Positions 1 through 8,176 of a DNA stretch of 64,000 bases are shown here, one piece after another. The notes beneath the pieces are model-generated. The model made no database searches, was not told the DNA's origin, and saw nothing but the letters and a program-made list of their open reading frames with translations. Position 1 is the first letter of the stretch. Each line of letters opens with the position of its first letter. This DNA is from a virus (taxonomy: Duplodnaviria; Heunggongvirae; Uroviricota; Caudoviricetes): the IMG/VR virus record IMGVR_UViG_3300042923_001771, positions 1 to 64,000 of that record; one strand, written 5' to 3'. The translations under genes and the position numbers were made by a program.

Positions 1-273
1 AGAAAATGTCCTATTTGCGACTCAGAAGTTGTTAAAACTTTGATGAGTGATAGTAGCGATATCGTTTGTCCGAATAAATGCTATGTTTTTGTTGAATATG
101 AAATTGACAATAATGAATCAATTTATACTTTCAAAATATTTAGAGATAGTCGATTTGAATATACTACACAAAATACTCAAGATACTAAAGATATTGCATT
201 AGATAGAATAAGAGAGGCTATTAAATATTGGAAAGACAATGATAGATATTTGACCAAATTGATGGGAGTATAG
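1..273 (+). CDS. Zn-ribbon protein, YWK-ND-RY family, copy A (5-prime end cut by window edge)
   Basis: Frame runs open from base 1 (..KCPICDSEV..CPNKCY..); C-terminal IKYWKDNDRYLTKLM matches paralogs at 3734 and 24454. Confidence 0.5.
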   Translation, partial: RKCPICDSEVVKTLMSDSSDIVCPNKCYVFVEYEIDNNESIYTFKIFRDSRFEYTTQNTQDTKDIALDRIREAIKYWKDNDRYLTKLMGV

Positions 274-275
274 TT

Positions 276-572
276 ATGTATAAATTTGATGATTATGTAT
301 TAGTTAGAGACATGAAACAAACTCAAGTTACAAAAGTTATGAATTGTTATGTTGCGGGATATATTGAATGTAGAAAATTTAGTTCACGCAATGAACCATT
401 TTTTGTAGCAAGTGACATGGTTGGTATTGAATATGAGAATAACAGTCCGGTTGTCTTGAAAAATGGAGCAAGATTAAGTACTCAACAATTAACTGAACTT
501 ATTTTAGAATTACAACAATTGAAAGAATTTATGGAATCCCGTAAACTCATAGAAGAGTTGGCTGATAATTAG
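276..572 (+). CDS. hypothetical protein
   Basis: 98 aa ORF immediately after the previous stop. Confidence 0.5.
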   Translation: MYKFDDYVLVRDMKQTQVTKVMNCYVAGYIECRKFSSRNEPFFVASDMVGIEYENNSPVVLKNGARLSTQQLTELILELQQLKEFMESRKLIEELADN

Positions 573-626
573 GACGTGAAAACGTTCTATTTTTTTTGTA
601 GTTTTTTGGAAATATTTTAAAAGTTT

Positions 627-656
627 TTGTTAAAAAACCTGACGTAATGTTATACT
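627..656 (+). promoter_or_regulatory. sigma-70-like promoter candidate (TTGTTA-18-TGtTATACT)
   Basis: -35-like ttgtta and extended -10 tgttatact in the AT-rich gap upstream of the 718 gene. Confidence 0.35.
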
Positions 657-717
657 ATATAGAAGTATCTTTAATTGAACGATAAAAACTAAAAAACATA
701 TTGGAGGGGTTTTCTTA

Positions 718-1398
718 ATGGAAAATCAAATTAACAATGAGGTAGTTACACAGGATGATAACTTCACGGAGATTTCAGTACAACGTGGTCTTCACGAAAT
801 TAAAATGCTAGACAAACGAATTGCTAAGGCAATTAATGACCTCAAAGTTATTGGAGTTGCAACTAATCAAGATCCAATTCCTGGCTATAAAACGAATGAT
901 GATTTCACTGCCGAAGTTAAGGCTGCTTATCAATCATTGCAGGCATTGATCACTCGTAGAGCTGCAATTAAAGCTGCAATTGTTCTTTCTAATGCTACTA
1001 CTGAGCTTTTTGTAGCAGATACTAAGATGATTGTTGCTGAAGCCATTGAGAGAAAAGGACTTATTGGAAACGATGAGAACCTCTTAAATAAGATGGTCAG
1101 AGACCAAATGCAAGCTATCCAGAGGGTTGAACGTGAAACTGAAGCTTTAAAGCCTCGTCTGGATTCTTACATTACTGGAGCTCTCGGCAAAGACACTAAA
1201 GGGAAAGAAGACCAAGTGAAAAATGTAACTGAGCAATTCATGGAGTTACACAAACCTAGGTTGATTGATCCATTGTCTGGCGGAATTTCAAAAGTCATCA
1301 AAGAGCTTTCAGATGAAATCAATACATTCAAATTAGAAGTTGACTTTGCACTTGATGCCTCAAACATCAAGACAATGATTCGTATTCCTAAGAACTAA
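718..1398 (+). CDS. hypothetical protein, coiled-coil rich
   Basis: 226 aa ORF with a strong RBS (ttggagggg, 6 nt spacing). Confidence 0.6.
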   Translation: MENQINNEVVTQDDNFTEISVQRGLHEIKMLDKRIAKAINDLKVIGVATNQDPIPGYKTNDDFTAEVKAAYQSLQALITRRAAIKAAIVLSNATTELFVADTKMIVAEAIERKGLIGNDENLLNKMVRDQMQAIQRVERETEALKPRLDSYITGALGKDTKGKEDQVKNVTEQFMELHKPRLIDPLSGGISKVIKELSDEINTFKLEVDFALDASNIKTMIRIPKN

Positions 1399-1399
1399 G

Positions 1400-1985
1400 A
1401 TTTAAAAATTTGCTGCTTAGCTGAAAACCAATAGAACTAAATACCCTCCCCCGGCCCTGGGTTATGGGCTGGACTACACTTAACGTATGATATACGTTAC
1501 CTACAAGGTAAATTTGATAAGTCATTTGGGACTATTATCTAAAATGGATAACTCGTGCAGAGTATACAAAACATGGATAAGGGCTCAGGACTCAGGTTTT
1601 AGGGTAGTTAGGACTGACGTCTTAGGGTTCTTCATAGGTTCAGGTTTCAAGGTTAAGGTTGCAGGAGCTTGATAAAACCTTGGGTTAAAGGTGAAACGAC
1701 GGATTTATTTAATGCTGTCATTGGTCCCCTCCAAGCAAGCTAAGCAGCAGTTTACATATTTTAAAACATGGTTCGCAAAGCGTAAACAGGGAGACTTTAT
1801 CTGGACTCACGGTTCCTGAAAACGTAAGCTGTAAAAAATCTCTGGAAGATTGGTCCACTTCAAGGAAGGATTTACCATTACATATCATGGCGTGTCAGTC
1901 AACCTTCGAGGTTCTGTCTGTAAGTCCCCCTCTAAAAACTTTCGAAGCTTAGAGGTCTACATAATTTAAAGGAGAGATTAATTTA
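1400..1985 (+). ncRNA. candidate large structured non-coding RNA (ROOL/GOLLD-like size class); strand tentative
   Basis: About 590 nt with no credible ORF. GC is clearly above the flanks. It has complementary C-rich (ccctccccc, gtcccctcc, gtccccctc) and G/T-rich (gggttatggg, ggttttagggtagttagg, aggttaaggttgcagg) tracts. Flanking genes keep their own RBSs. Confidence 0.3.
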
Positions 1986-1986
1986 T

Positions 1987-2511
1987 ATGAAAATTACTTT
2001 AGCGCAAGCGGTTCCATTAAGAGGTATTATTTCTCGTCGTATTCAGGAGTTACTTCATGAGCGTAATAGTGTTTCTGTTGTTACTATTGAAAAAGGTGAC
2101 ACTTATGAAAAACCTGTTCGTTCAATGGAGTTAGTAACAGAAGAACTTACTCAAGCTCGTGAAGACTTACGTAAGTTGGATATTGTTATGACTACTGCAA
2201 ATCTTTCTGCCTTTGTTAAGTGGGATGGAGAAGATATTTGTATTACTGAAGCTATTGAATTATCAAAACAAATTCGTGGCGAAGTAACTCAAGTTAAAGC
2301 TTTTGGTAACCGTAAAAAGCAAGAGAAGGAAACAAATTGGAGAAGTCCAGAATCTTCAAATATTGTTGTTGCTTTATATGAGCCAGAAACATATCGTCAA
2401 TTGGCACTTAAGTTGGAACGTCAAGTTAATAAACTTTCTCAAGATATTGAGGCTAAAAATCATACTGTTGAAATTGAGTATGCTGGAGCAATTCGATATA
2501 TTGAGGTGTAA
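1987..2511 (+). CDS. hypothetical protein
   Basis: 174 aa ORF; RBS aaaggagag. Confidence 0.55.
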   Translation: MKITLAQAVPLRGIISRRIQELLHERNSVSVVTIEKGDTYEKPVRSMELVTEELTQAREDLRKLDIVMTTANLSAFVKWDGEDICITEAIELSKQIRGEVTQVKAFGNRKKQEKETNWRSPESSNIVVALYEPETYRQLALKLERQVNKLSQDIEAKNHTVEIEYAGAIRYIEV

Positions 2512-2814
2512 TAATTGACCAGACTTCACTGGTCTCGAAAGATAGTGAACATTCATTGTTTTTCGAGATTAGTTAATTCTAGTCTAAAGTAGAGAAGTGT
2601 GAGAGACGTTTGTATTGTACGTAACAATGCACTATTCGTAGATTTATCTACTAATTTTTATCTAATACAACATTACAGGTGAAAACTTAGGAAAACAGAT
2701 CACGGGTGACGGATCACAAATTACGCTTCTTACAGTTTACGGACTTCCTTTCTTTTGAAGAAAAATGCGCTTACGCAGAAATACTCCGTTCTCTACTTTT
2801 ATTACATATTTACA

Positions 2815-2850
2815 GAAAGAGATGGATATTTTCCATCTCTTTTTTTTTAT
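2815..2850 (+). terminator. rho-independent terminator
   Basis: Hairpin agagatgga-tatttt-ccatctct followed by a T9 run. Confidence 0.6.
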
Positions 2851-2871
2851 TATCTCTATAGAGGTGATAAA

Positions 2872-3048
2872 ATGACTAGACTTAAAAAAGTGGCCGACTA
2901 TTTAGAAGAACTAAAGGAAAACATTGAACAAAAAGATATACATGAAAAAAAGCTAGATGATCAAAAATCATTATATGAGCAGCATCCAGATACTTCTTTC
3001 GAAAAAGATAAATCACTTTATACTTTCAATAGATTGAAGAGAAAGTAA
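2872..3048 (+). CDS. hypothetical small protein
   Basis: Internal ATG with RBS agaggtga. The longer upstream frame would overlap the terminator hairpin. Confidence 0.45.
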   Translation: MTRLKKVADYLEELKENIEQKDIHEKKLDDQKSLYEQHPDTSFEKDKSLYTFNRLKRK

Positions 3049-3125
3049 TTTCTCTTCTTTATTTTTGACCTCAGTTGAAAACTATGAAATTAATTGATTA
3101 TTATGTAATATTGGGAGGTTTTTCT

Positions 3126-3545
3126 ATGACATTAAAGATAACAAATAATATGTTTGATGCAACACTTAGAGTTTTTAGCAGATTGTATCCAGATAAAACA
3201 AATTTAATCATTCAATTTGATCCACTAATTAAAAATAAAAAGAAGACTGGATATTTACTATTACCAGAACCAGATGGTGAAATTACAGATATCTTTGTTT
3301 TCATAAATGCTAAATTAAGCGTAATGGAAGCTGTAGATGCTTTAATAGAACAACTAACTGAGGTCGTAGTAGGTGTTGATAAAGAACATAATGAATTTGT
3401 TTGGAGAAAAACTTATAATGAGTTGATGGATTTATCTGAAAAAGAACTTCTAGTAATGTTTGATGAGTTAAATCTTGATAAAACATCGTTTTATCAATTT
3501 GATGATACTGGAAAAGAGATAGAAAGGGACGATAAAGATGAGTGA
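3126..3545 (+). CDS. hypothetical protein
   Basis: ATG after RBS gggagg; 139 aa. Confidence 0.55.
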   Translation: MTLKITNNMFDATLRVFSRLYPDKTNLIIQFDPLIKNKKKTGYLLLPEPDGEITDIFVFINAKLSVMEAVDALIEQLTEVVVGVDKEHNEFVWRKTYNELMDLSEKELLVMFDELNLDKTSFYQFDDTGKEIERDDKDE

Positions 3546-3753
3546 TGATTGGAAATGTTTAGTTTGTAGTGGTAAAATTAAAGCTAAGTGCAAGTGTGCT
3601 AGAAGAGATATTGTTTGTGAAAATGGATGCGAGTATCATTGGTCTCCTTTTCATAAAGAGTATCATTTAGGAGGCAGTGATCATAATACTGATACAATGA
3701 GTGTTGATTGCTGTAATGAAAGGAAGATTTTAAATGAGCAATCACAATCTTGA
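3538..3753 (+). CDS. Cys-rich Zn-ribbon protein (N-terminal domain related to the YWK family, tail absent)
   Basis: CLVCSGK..CKC..CENGCEY mirrors the CPICSGK..CENGCY of copy C. Overlaps its neighbours by ATGA. Confidence 0.45.
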   Translation: MSDDWKCLVCSGKIKAKCKCARRDIVCENGCEYHWSPFHKEYHLGGSDHNTDTMSVDCCNERKILNEQSQS

Positions 3754-4111
3754 ATGTAAAATTTGTAGCTCTGAAATGAATATAGATCTTGAACCAACTA
3801 CATTTTGCGATAAACATATTATGTGCCCTAATGGATGTTATGAGGAAATACACGGACAAAATATGATTGATATTTATATCTTTGAGAAAAAATTTAAAAT
3901 AGAAAAAAATAAATTGTTAATGAGTGGTGTTGAGTTTGCTGATGAAATTCAAAAGACAATAGATTATTGGAAAGCAAACGAAAGATATTTAGTTAAATTA
4001 CTTGAAGGTTATGTGTCTGTATCGCACAAACCAAAATCAATTATTTTCCATGAACAAATTGGAATGGCGGTTATTAATAAAAATGCTATTGCAAGTATAA
4101 AAATGACATAA
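3734..4111 (+). CDS. Zn-ribbon protein, YWK-ND-RY family, copy B
   Basis: CKICSSE..CPNGCY then IDYWKANERYLVKLL. Confidence 0.55.
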   Translation: MSNHNLECKICSSEMNIDLEPTTFCDKHIMCPNGCYEEIHGQNMIDIYIFEKKFKIEKNKLLMSGVEFADEIQKTIDYWKANERYLVKLLEGYVSVSHKPKSIIFHEQIGMAVINKNAIASIKMT

Positions 4112-4167
4112 TAAAAAGTAAATAGAACTGTGAACCACTTCTTATTATTTAAAAGAGGTGGTTTTTT

Positions 4168-4518
4168 ATGTTTACAGGAGTTAACATTTGTAAAACAAAT
4201 CTATTGGTTGAATTTGATTTTGCTGAACCGTTACAAGATGAGCTCGATAATATGCTTGTCATGGCAAATCTTTTAGGGTATAGTGTTGAATATATTGAAT
4301 CTACTTATGCTCTTTTTATTAATTTAAATTTAAATGGCAAATTAGCATTTTGCATACAATTTTCACATGATAAATCTAGAATTCTTAATTGTGTGGAGAT
4401 TTGTGCAACTGGAGAAAAATTCGAATTAATGAAGGAAAAACTTAAGATTAAGAATGGAATTATAAAAACCATGTCAAATTACGCAAAAGCAATAAGAAAA
4501 ACAAAAACTTTATTGTAA
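4168..4518 (+). CDS. hypothetical protein
   Basis: RBS agaggtgg; 116 aa. Confidence 0.55.
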   Translation: MFTGVNICKTNLLVEFDFAEPLQDELDNMLVMANLLGYSVEYIESTYALFINLNLNGKLAFCIQFSHDKSRILNCVEICATGEKFELMKEKLKIKNGIIKTMSNYAKAIRKTKTLL

Positions 4519-4523
4519 GCAAA

Positions 4524-4557
4524 TAAAAAAAGCTATCTCATTTGAGATAGCTTTTTA
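4524..4557. terminator. bidirectional rho-independent terminator
   Basis: agctatctca-tttg-agatagct flanked by an A-run upstream and T-run downstream. Sits between convergent genes. Confidence 0.7.
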
Positions 4558-4567
4558 CTATAACTTA

Positions 4568-4717
4568 TTAAGCTACGGTTGTTTCTTCTGATTGCAATTG
4601 CTCGTTTTCATCATCTTGTTCGATCATTTGTTTGACTGTGACAATCCATTTTATAGCATTTTCAACTCCAACTTTTTCTTCTAAAACTTCAATTGGATGT
4701 TTGATTTCTTGTTCCAT
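4568..4717 (-). CDS. hypothetical small acidic protein (49 aa)
   Basis: Not in the ORF track (under 60 aa). Minus-strand ATG preceded by GGAGG at 8 nt. Confidence 0.4.
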   Translation of the reverse strand: MEQEIKHPIEVLEEKVGVENAIKWIVTVKQMIEQDDENEQLQSEETTVA

Positions 4718-4809
4718 TTTTAAAACCTCCATTTTGATTGTTTCTTATATAATATATATATATTCACCAATATTAAAAATGTTCCTATTGTCAATAAAAA
4801 AATCAGAGG

Positions 4810-5007
4810 TTACTCCCTCTGATTTCGTTTTTCTACAAGTTTAATGGTATTTTCTACAACTTTTTTCATTTGTATTTGCCATTGTTCATCTTTTTCATAA
4901 TCATATTTGTCTTGAAGTAATTCATCTTCTTCAAAGTCATAATATAATCCTTCACACTTACAGCAATCACATCCAAGACCTTCACAAATTTCGCAATTTT
5001 TTATCAT
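4810..5007 (-). CDS. Cys-rich small protein
   Basis: CEICEGLGCDCCKCEG cluster. The only other minus ORF in a convergent pocket. Confidence 0.5.
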   Translation of the reverse strand: MIKNCEICEGLGCDCCKCEGLYYDFEEDELLQDKYDYEKDEQWQIQMKKVVENTIKLVEKRNQRE

Positions 5008-5155
5008 TGATAAATCACCCCCATTATTAATTTAATAAAGTTATATAAAGAATGAATTTCTGCACGTCATTAAAAATATAAGTTTGAAGGGTTGGAGTTA
5101 TTCAATCCTTTTTTATTTGTATTTATTTACATAAATAATTTTAGGAGGGAGGCAA

Positions 5156-5614
5156 ATGCCAAAACAAGGAGATATTGTATTTTTTAAATCAAATGGTAAT
5201 TTATTAGGTCGTTTAATTTCTTTTTTTAGTAGAGCAAAGTATGAAATTGTACATGTGGCTATTTATGTTGAGAGAGACATAACTATTGAAACTAATTTAT
5301 CTAAAAGAGTAAATTACGCTACAATTAGTGAATATAAAGCTGAATGCGTTATTAAGTCCTATAAAGATATTACAGATGAACAAAGAGAAATTATTTTAGA
5401 ATATTGTAAAAATCGTTTTGGAGAACCATATGATTTAGTACAAATATTTGAATTGTTTCTTGAATATTTTGGTATAGATTTTCCGTACAAAGAAAGAAAA
5501 ATGAAAATATGTTCTACCTTAGTATGGAATGCATATGATCACGCAGGTATCAAATTAACATTGGATGAAGATTGTACTCCAGATGAACTATTCAACAATA
5601 AGAATTTAGAGTAG
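5156..5614 (+). CDS. hypothetical protein; possible YiiX-like permuted papain/NlpC-P60 fold (weak)
   Basis: RBS aggagggagg; 152 aa. The fold guess rests only on size and scattered C/H residues. Confidence 0.5.
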   Translation: MPKQGDIVFFKSNGNLLGRLISFFSRAKYEIVHVAIYVERDITIETNLSKRVNYATISEYKAECVIKSYKDITDEQREIILEYCKNRFGEPYDLVQIFELFLEYFGIDFPYKERKMKICSTLVWNAYDHAGIKLTLDEDCTPDELFNNKNLE

Positions 5615-5748
5615 ATTCAACTTGAATCTTAAATTTTAACGAGATGTGTATTTACACATTTCTTTTTTATTTTTACCCTCAGTTTAAATCCTGTTATTAA
5701 TTGATTATTATATAACAGGTAATTTTTTATTTGAGGATGTGTAAAATT

Positions 5749-6321
5749 ATGAATAAAATTAGTAAGCATAGCTCTACATCACATTTAGTTGGTTTGAATC
5801 CTTGTGGTGAGATATTACAAAGTTCACCACCCTCTAATTATTACAGAGCTATTGGTAGTGATGGTCTTAGTAGTTATGATCGTGATAAAAGTAAATTATC
5901 TAATAAGAAAGCAAAGAAAATTGCCGATGAAATGAACAAACGACTTGAAGATGCAATAAAAAAAGAAAGAGAGTATGAAGTTAAAAGATCTGAGTTTGTG
6001 GATAAACTTCTTGAAGTTGGTTGGATTGTGAATTACGGGTACATTCAAAAACTGAAAAAAGAAAAAGCTGATCAAAGAAGAGAAAGCTATGATGAAAATG
6101 ATATTGATATGGAAGTCATGGTTTCTGGTAAATATCTTGGTGATTATCATTTAATTTCTCCTTGTAATAATTTTACAGTTAGAGTTAAAAGTTATGATGT
6201 TATCTTTTGGCAAAAGAATCCTGAGTGGAAACAATTAACTGATCAAAAAATTGAGAAAATTCAATTTACAGACAAGGGTATTAAAGTTGGAATTTTAAGA
6301 ATTGAACTGGAGGACGTGTGA
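5749..6321 (+). CDS. hypothetical protein
   Basis: ATG 10 nt after gaggatg; Lys/Glu-rich. Confidence 0.5.
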   Translation: MNKISKHSSTSHLVGLNPCGEILQSSPPSNYYRAIGSDGLSSYDRDKSKLSNKKAKKIADEMNKRLEDAIKKEREYEVKRSEFVDKLLEVGWIVNYGYIQKLKKEKADQRRESYDENDIDMEVMVSGKYLGDYHLISPCNNFTVRVKSYDVIFWQKNPEWKQLTDQKIEKIQFTDKGIKVGILRIELEDV

Positions 6322-6635
6322 TGGCTCTTAAAAAAGAAGTGCAAATTAGAATTGACGGAATTCATGTCAAAGGTTCAGTTGTCGCTGGTAAATTTAGAAC
6401 AAGTGACCTTGTTAATATCGAACAGCGAAAATATCAAGTTGGGATTACTGGAGATATAATTAGAAAGGTAATAGAGGAATTACAAGAATTGGCTGATATC
6501 GTAGATGCTAGTGAAGTAACTGAGGAGTTAGCAAGACAAGATGATACTCATATAGTAGGAGTTGATTGGGATTCTACGAATACTAATCATGCAGATGATA
6601 TTTTTGGTGATTTAGATGCGTGGGATAATCTTTAA
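6318..6635 (+). CDS. hypothetical protein
   Basis: ATGA overlap coupling with the upstream gene. Confidence 0.55.
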   Translation: MMALKKEVQIRIDGIHVKGSVVAGKFRTSDLVNIEQRKYQVGITGDIIRKVIEELQELADIVDASEVTEELARQDDTHIVGVDWDSTNTNHADDIFGDLDAWDNL

Positions 6636-6723
6636 AGGGTGAGAAATCACTCTTTTTTTTATGTGTCTTGTAATAACATATGATGTGTTCTATATTTTCT
6701 ATTAGAGACTTTAAAATAAGAAG

Positions 6724-7893
6724 GTGGAAATTTTGGGACGTTTAGTTAAAAAAGCAGAAAAAACAGTTCGACTTATGCATGGTACTAGTAGTACTATTAT
6801 AGAGGGCGTCTTTAAAGATGGATTAATGCCAGAAGGTTTGACAGGTAATGCTATGTTTAATTATAATGATTATGGCAGAAAGGGTGAACCTAAACATCCT
6901 GAATGTGTTTACTTAACAAATGATCTTGAAGATGCTTTGAAATATGGCGCAAATGCAGTTAAACACAATGGTGGTTTTCCAGTAATAATCGAGATGGAAG
7001 TTAGTACCGATGCACTTACATGGGATGACGATGCTTTCTACAAAAATTATGGCGACTATGATTTTGGAGAAAAAGATCCTGATACTGGTGAATGGGTTAA
7101 AGAGCCAAAGAAACCGTTGTGGGAACAATCGATAGAAATTAATAAACAATGTGCTCATTTTGGTAAGGTTGAACCAAAGAAATTTAAACGCATTTATTTA
7201 AATGGTAAGTGGGTTAGCACTTACGATTTCATTAGAATCTATAATGAGTACGATTCAATGAACCTTAAGGATGAAGAAATCAAGGAAAAGAAAAACTATT
7301 ACTTTAAAGATTTTGAATTAGAAGTTCCAGGGTTTGTTAGTTTAATTTTAACTATTATTGATAGAAATGTATTTTTCTACAATGTAACTCTTCTTGAGAA
7401 AGATTTTGATAAGTATCAGAAGCAAGCTTTTTCATTGAAGTTAATGGAATTTGCAAAACAAAATATTAAAGAATTTGGTGCCAAAGTCTACTATACTCCT
7501 GATTTAAAGGTGCTTGGACTTAACCCTAAAGCTTCTAGTCTTGGCTATGTTTTTGGTAGATTTCAGATTGATGACCAAAGTGGTTTAGTTGAGCAAATGA
7601 AGGAACGTATCAAACGTCTTGACGGTGATTCAGAAATTATGGATAAAATTGCTAGTGGTAAAGCGTCTGAGGAAGAATTTCACTCAGTGTTTGCTTATAG
7701 CGTAGATTTTGTTGGTGATTTAGTAGATCATTGTAAAGAGACTTTAGGGTACAGCAATGATAAAATCATAAGTGTATTACAAACTGTTAAACAAAAGTAT
7801 AACGAGGCTGAAGATGAAGCGCAAGCTGAAATTGAGTATCTTATGTTTAGAGATAAGAAAGTGAATGAATCTTATGACTGGAATAAGAAGTAA
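6724..7893 (+). CDS. ADP-ribosyltransferase-fold protein, Tpt1/KptA-like HGT motif (putative NAD-utilising enzyme)
   Basis: N-terminal MHGTSSTIIEGVFKDGLMPEG .. VYLTND .. GGFPVIIEMEV resembles the catalytic lobe of RNA 2-prime-phosphotransferase. No N-terminal winged-helix lobe. A 290 aa C-terminal extension follows. Start could be TTG 6733. Confidence 0.45.
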   Translation: MEILGRLVKKAEKTVRLMHGTSSTIIEGVFKDGLMPEGLTGNAMFNYNDYGRKGEPKHPECVYLTNDLEDALKYGANAVKHNGGFPVIIEMEVSTDALTWDDDAFYKNYGDYDFGEKDPDTGEWVKEPKKPLWEQSIEINKQCAHFGKVEPKKFKRIYLNGKWVSTYDFIRIYNEYDSMNLKDEEIKEKKNYYFKDFELEVPGFVSLILTIIDRNVFFYNVTLLEKDFDKYQKQAFSLKLMEFAKQNIKEFGAKVYYTPDLKVLGLNPKASSLGYVFGRFQIDDQSGLVEQMKERIKRLDGDSEIMDKIASGKASEEEFHSVFAYSVDFVGDLVDHCKETLGYSNDKIISVLQTVKQKYNEAEDEAQAEIEYLMFRDKKVNESYDWNKK

Positions 7894-7977
7894 AAAGGTT
7901 ATCATTTAGTGTTCAGTATTTTCTTCAATATTCATTAGTTGAGGATTATGTAAAATATATCATGGGCATAGAAAAGA

Positions 7978-8006
7978 GGAGACAGAGACAATCTGTCTCT
8001 TTTTTA
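7978..8006 (+). terminator. rho-independent terminator
   Basis: ggagacaga-gacaa-tctgtctct followed by a T6 run. Confidence 0.55.
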
Positions 8007-8176
8007 TTTGTTAAGATTTTCACGCTGTTTTCTTATGATAAGAGTGCATTCTTTGGAAAGAGATGTGGTTATTCACAGAGTGCATCTATAAATATAGATC
8101 TATTATATAAGAATATAAATAAATAAAGAAATAGAGAGTGAGCGAAATCGCTCTCCATGCTTATTGAGGTGAGTTT

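Noticed and set aside
1487-1672. 61 aa ORF inside the proposed ncRNA interval
   Set aside because: Low-complexity composition, no RBS, and it lies in a GC-skewed, structured region. Treated as non-coding.
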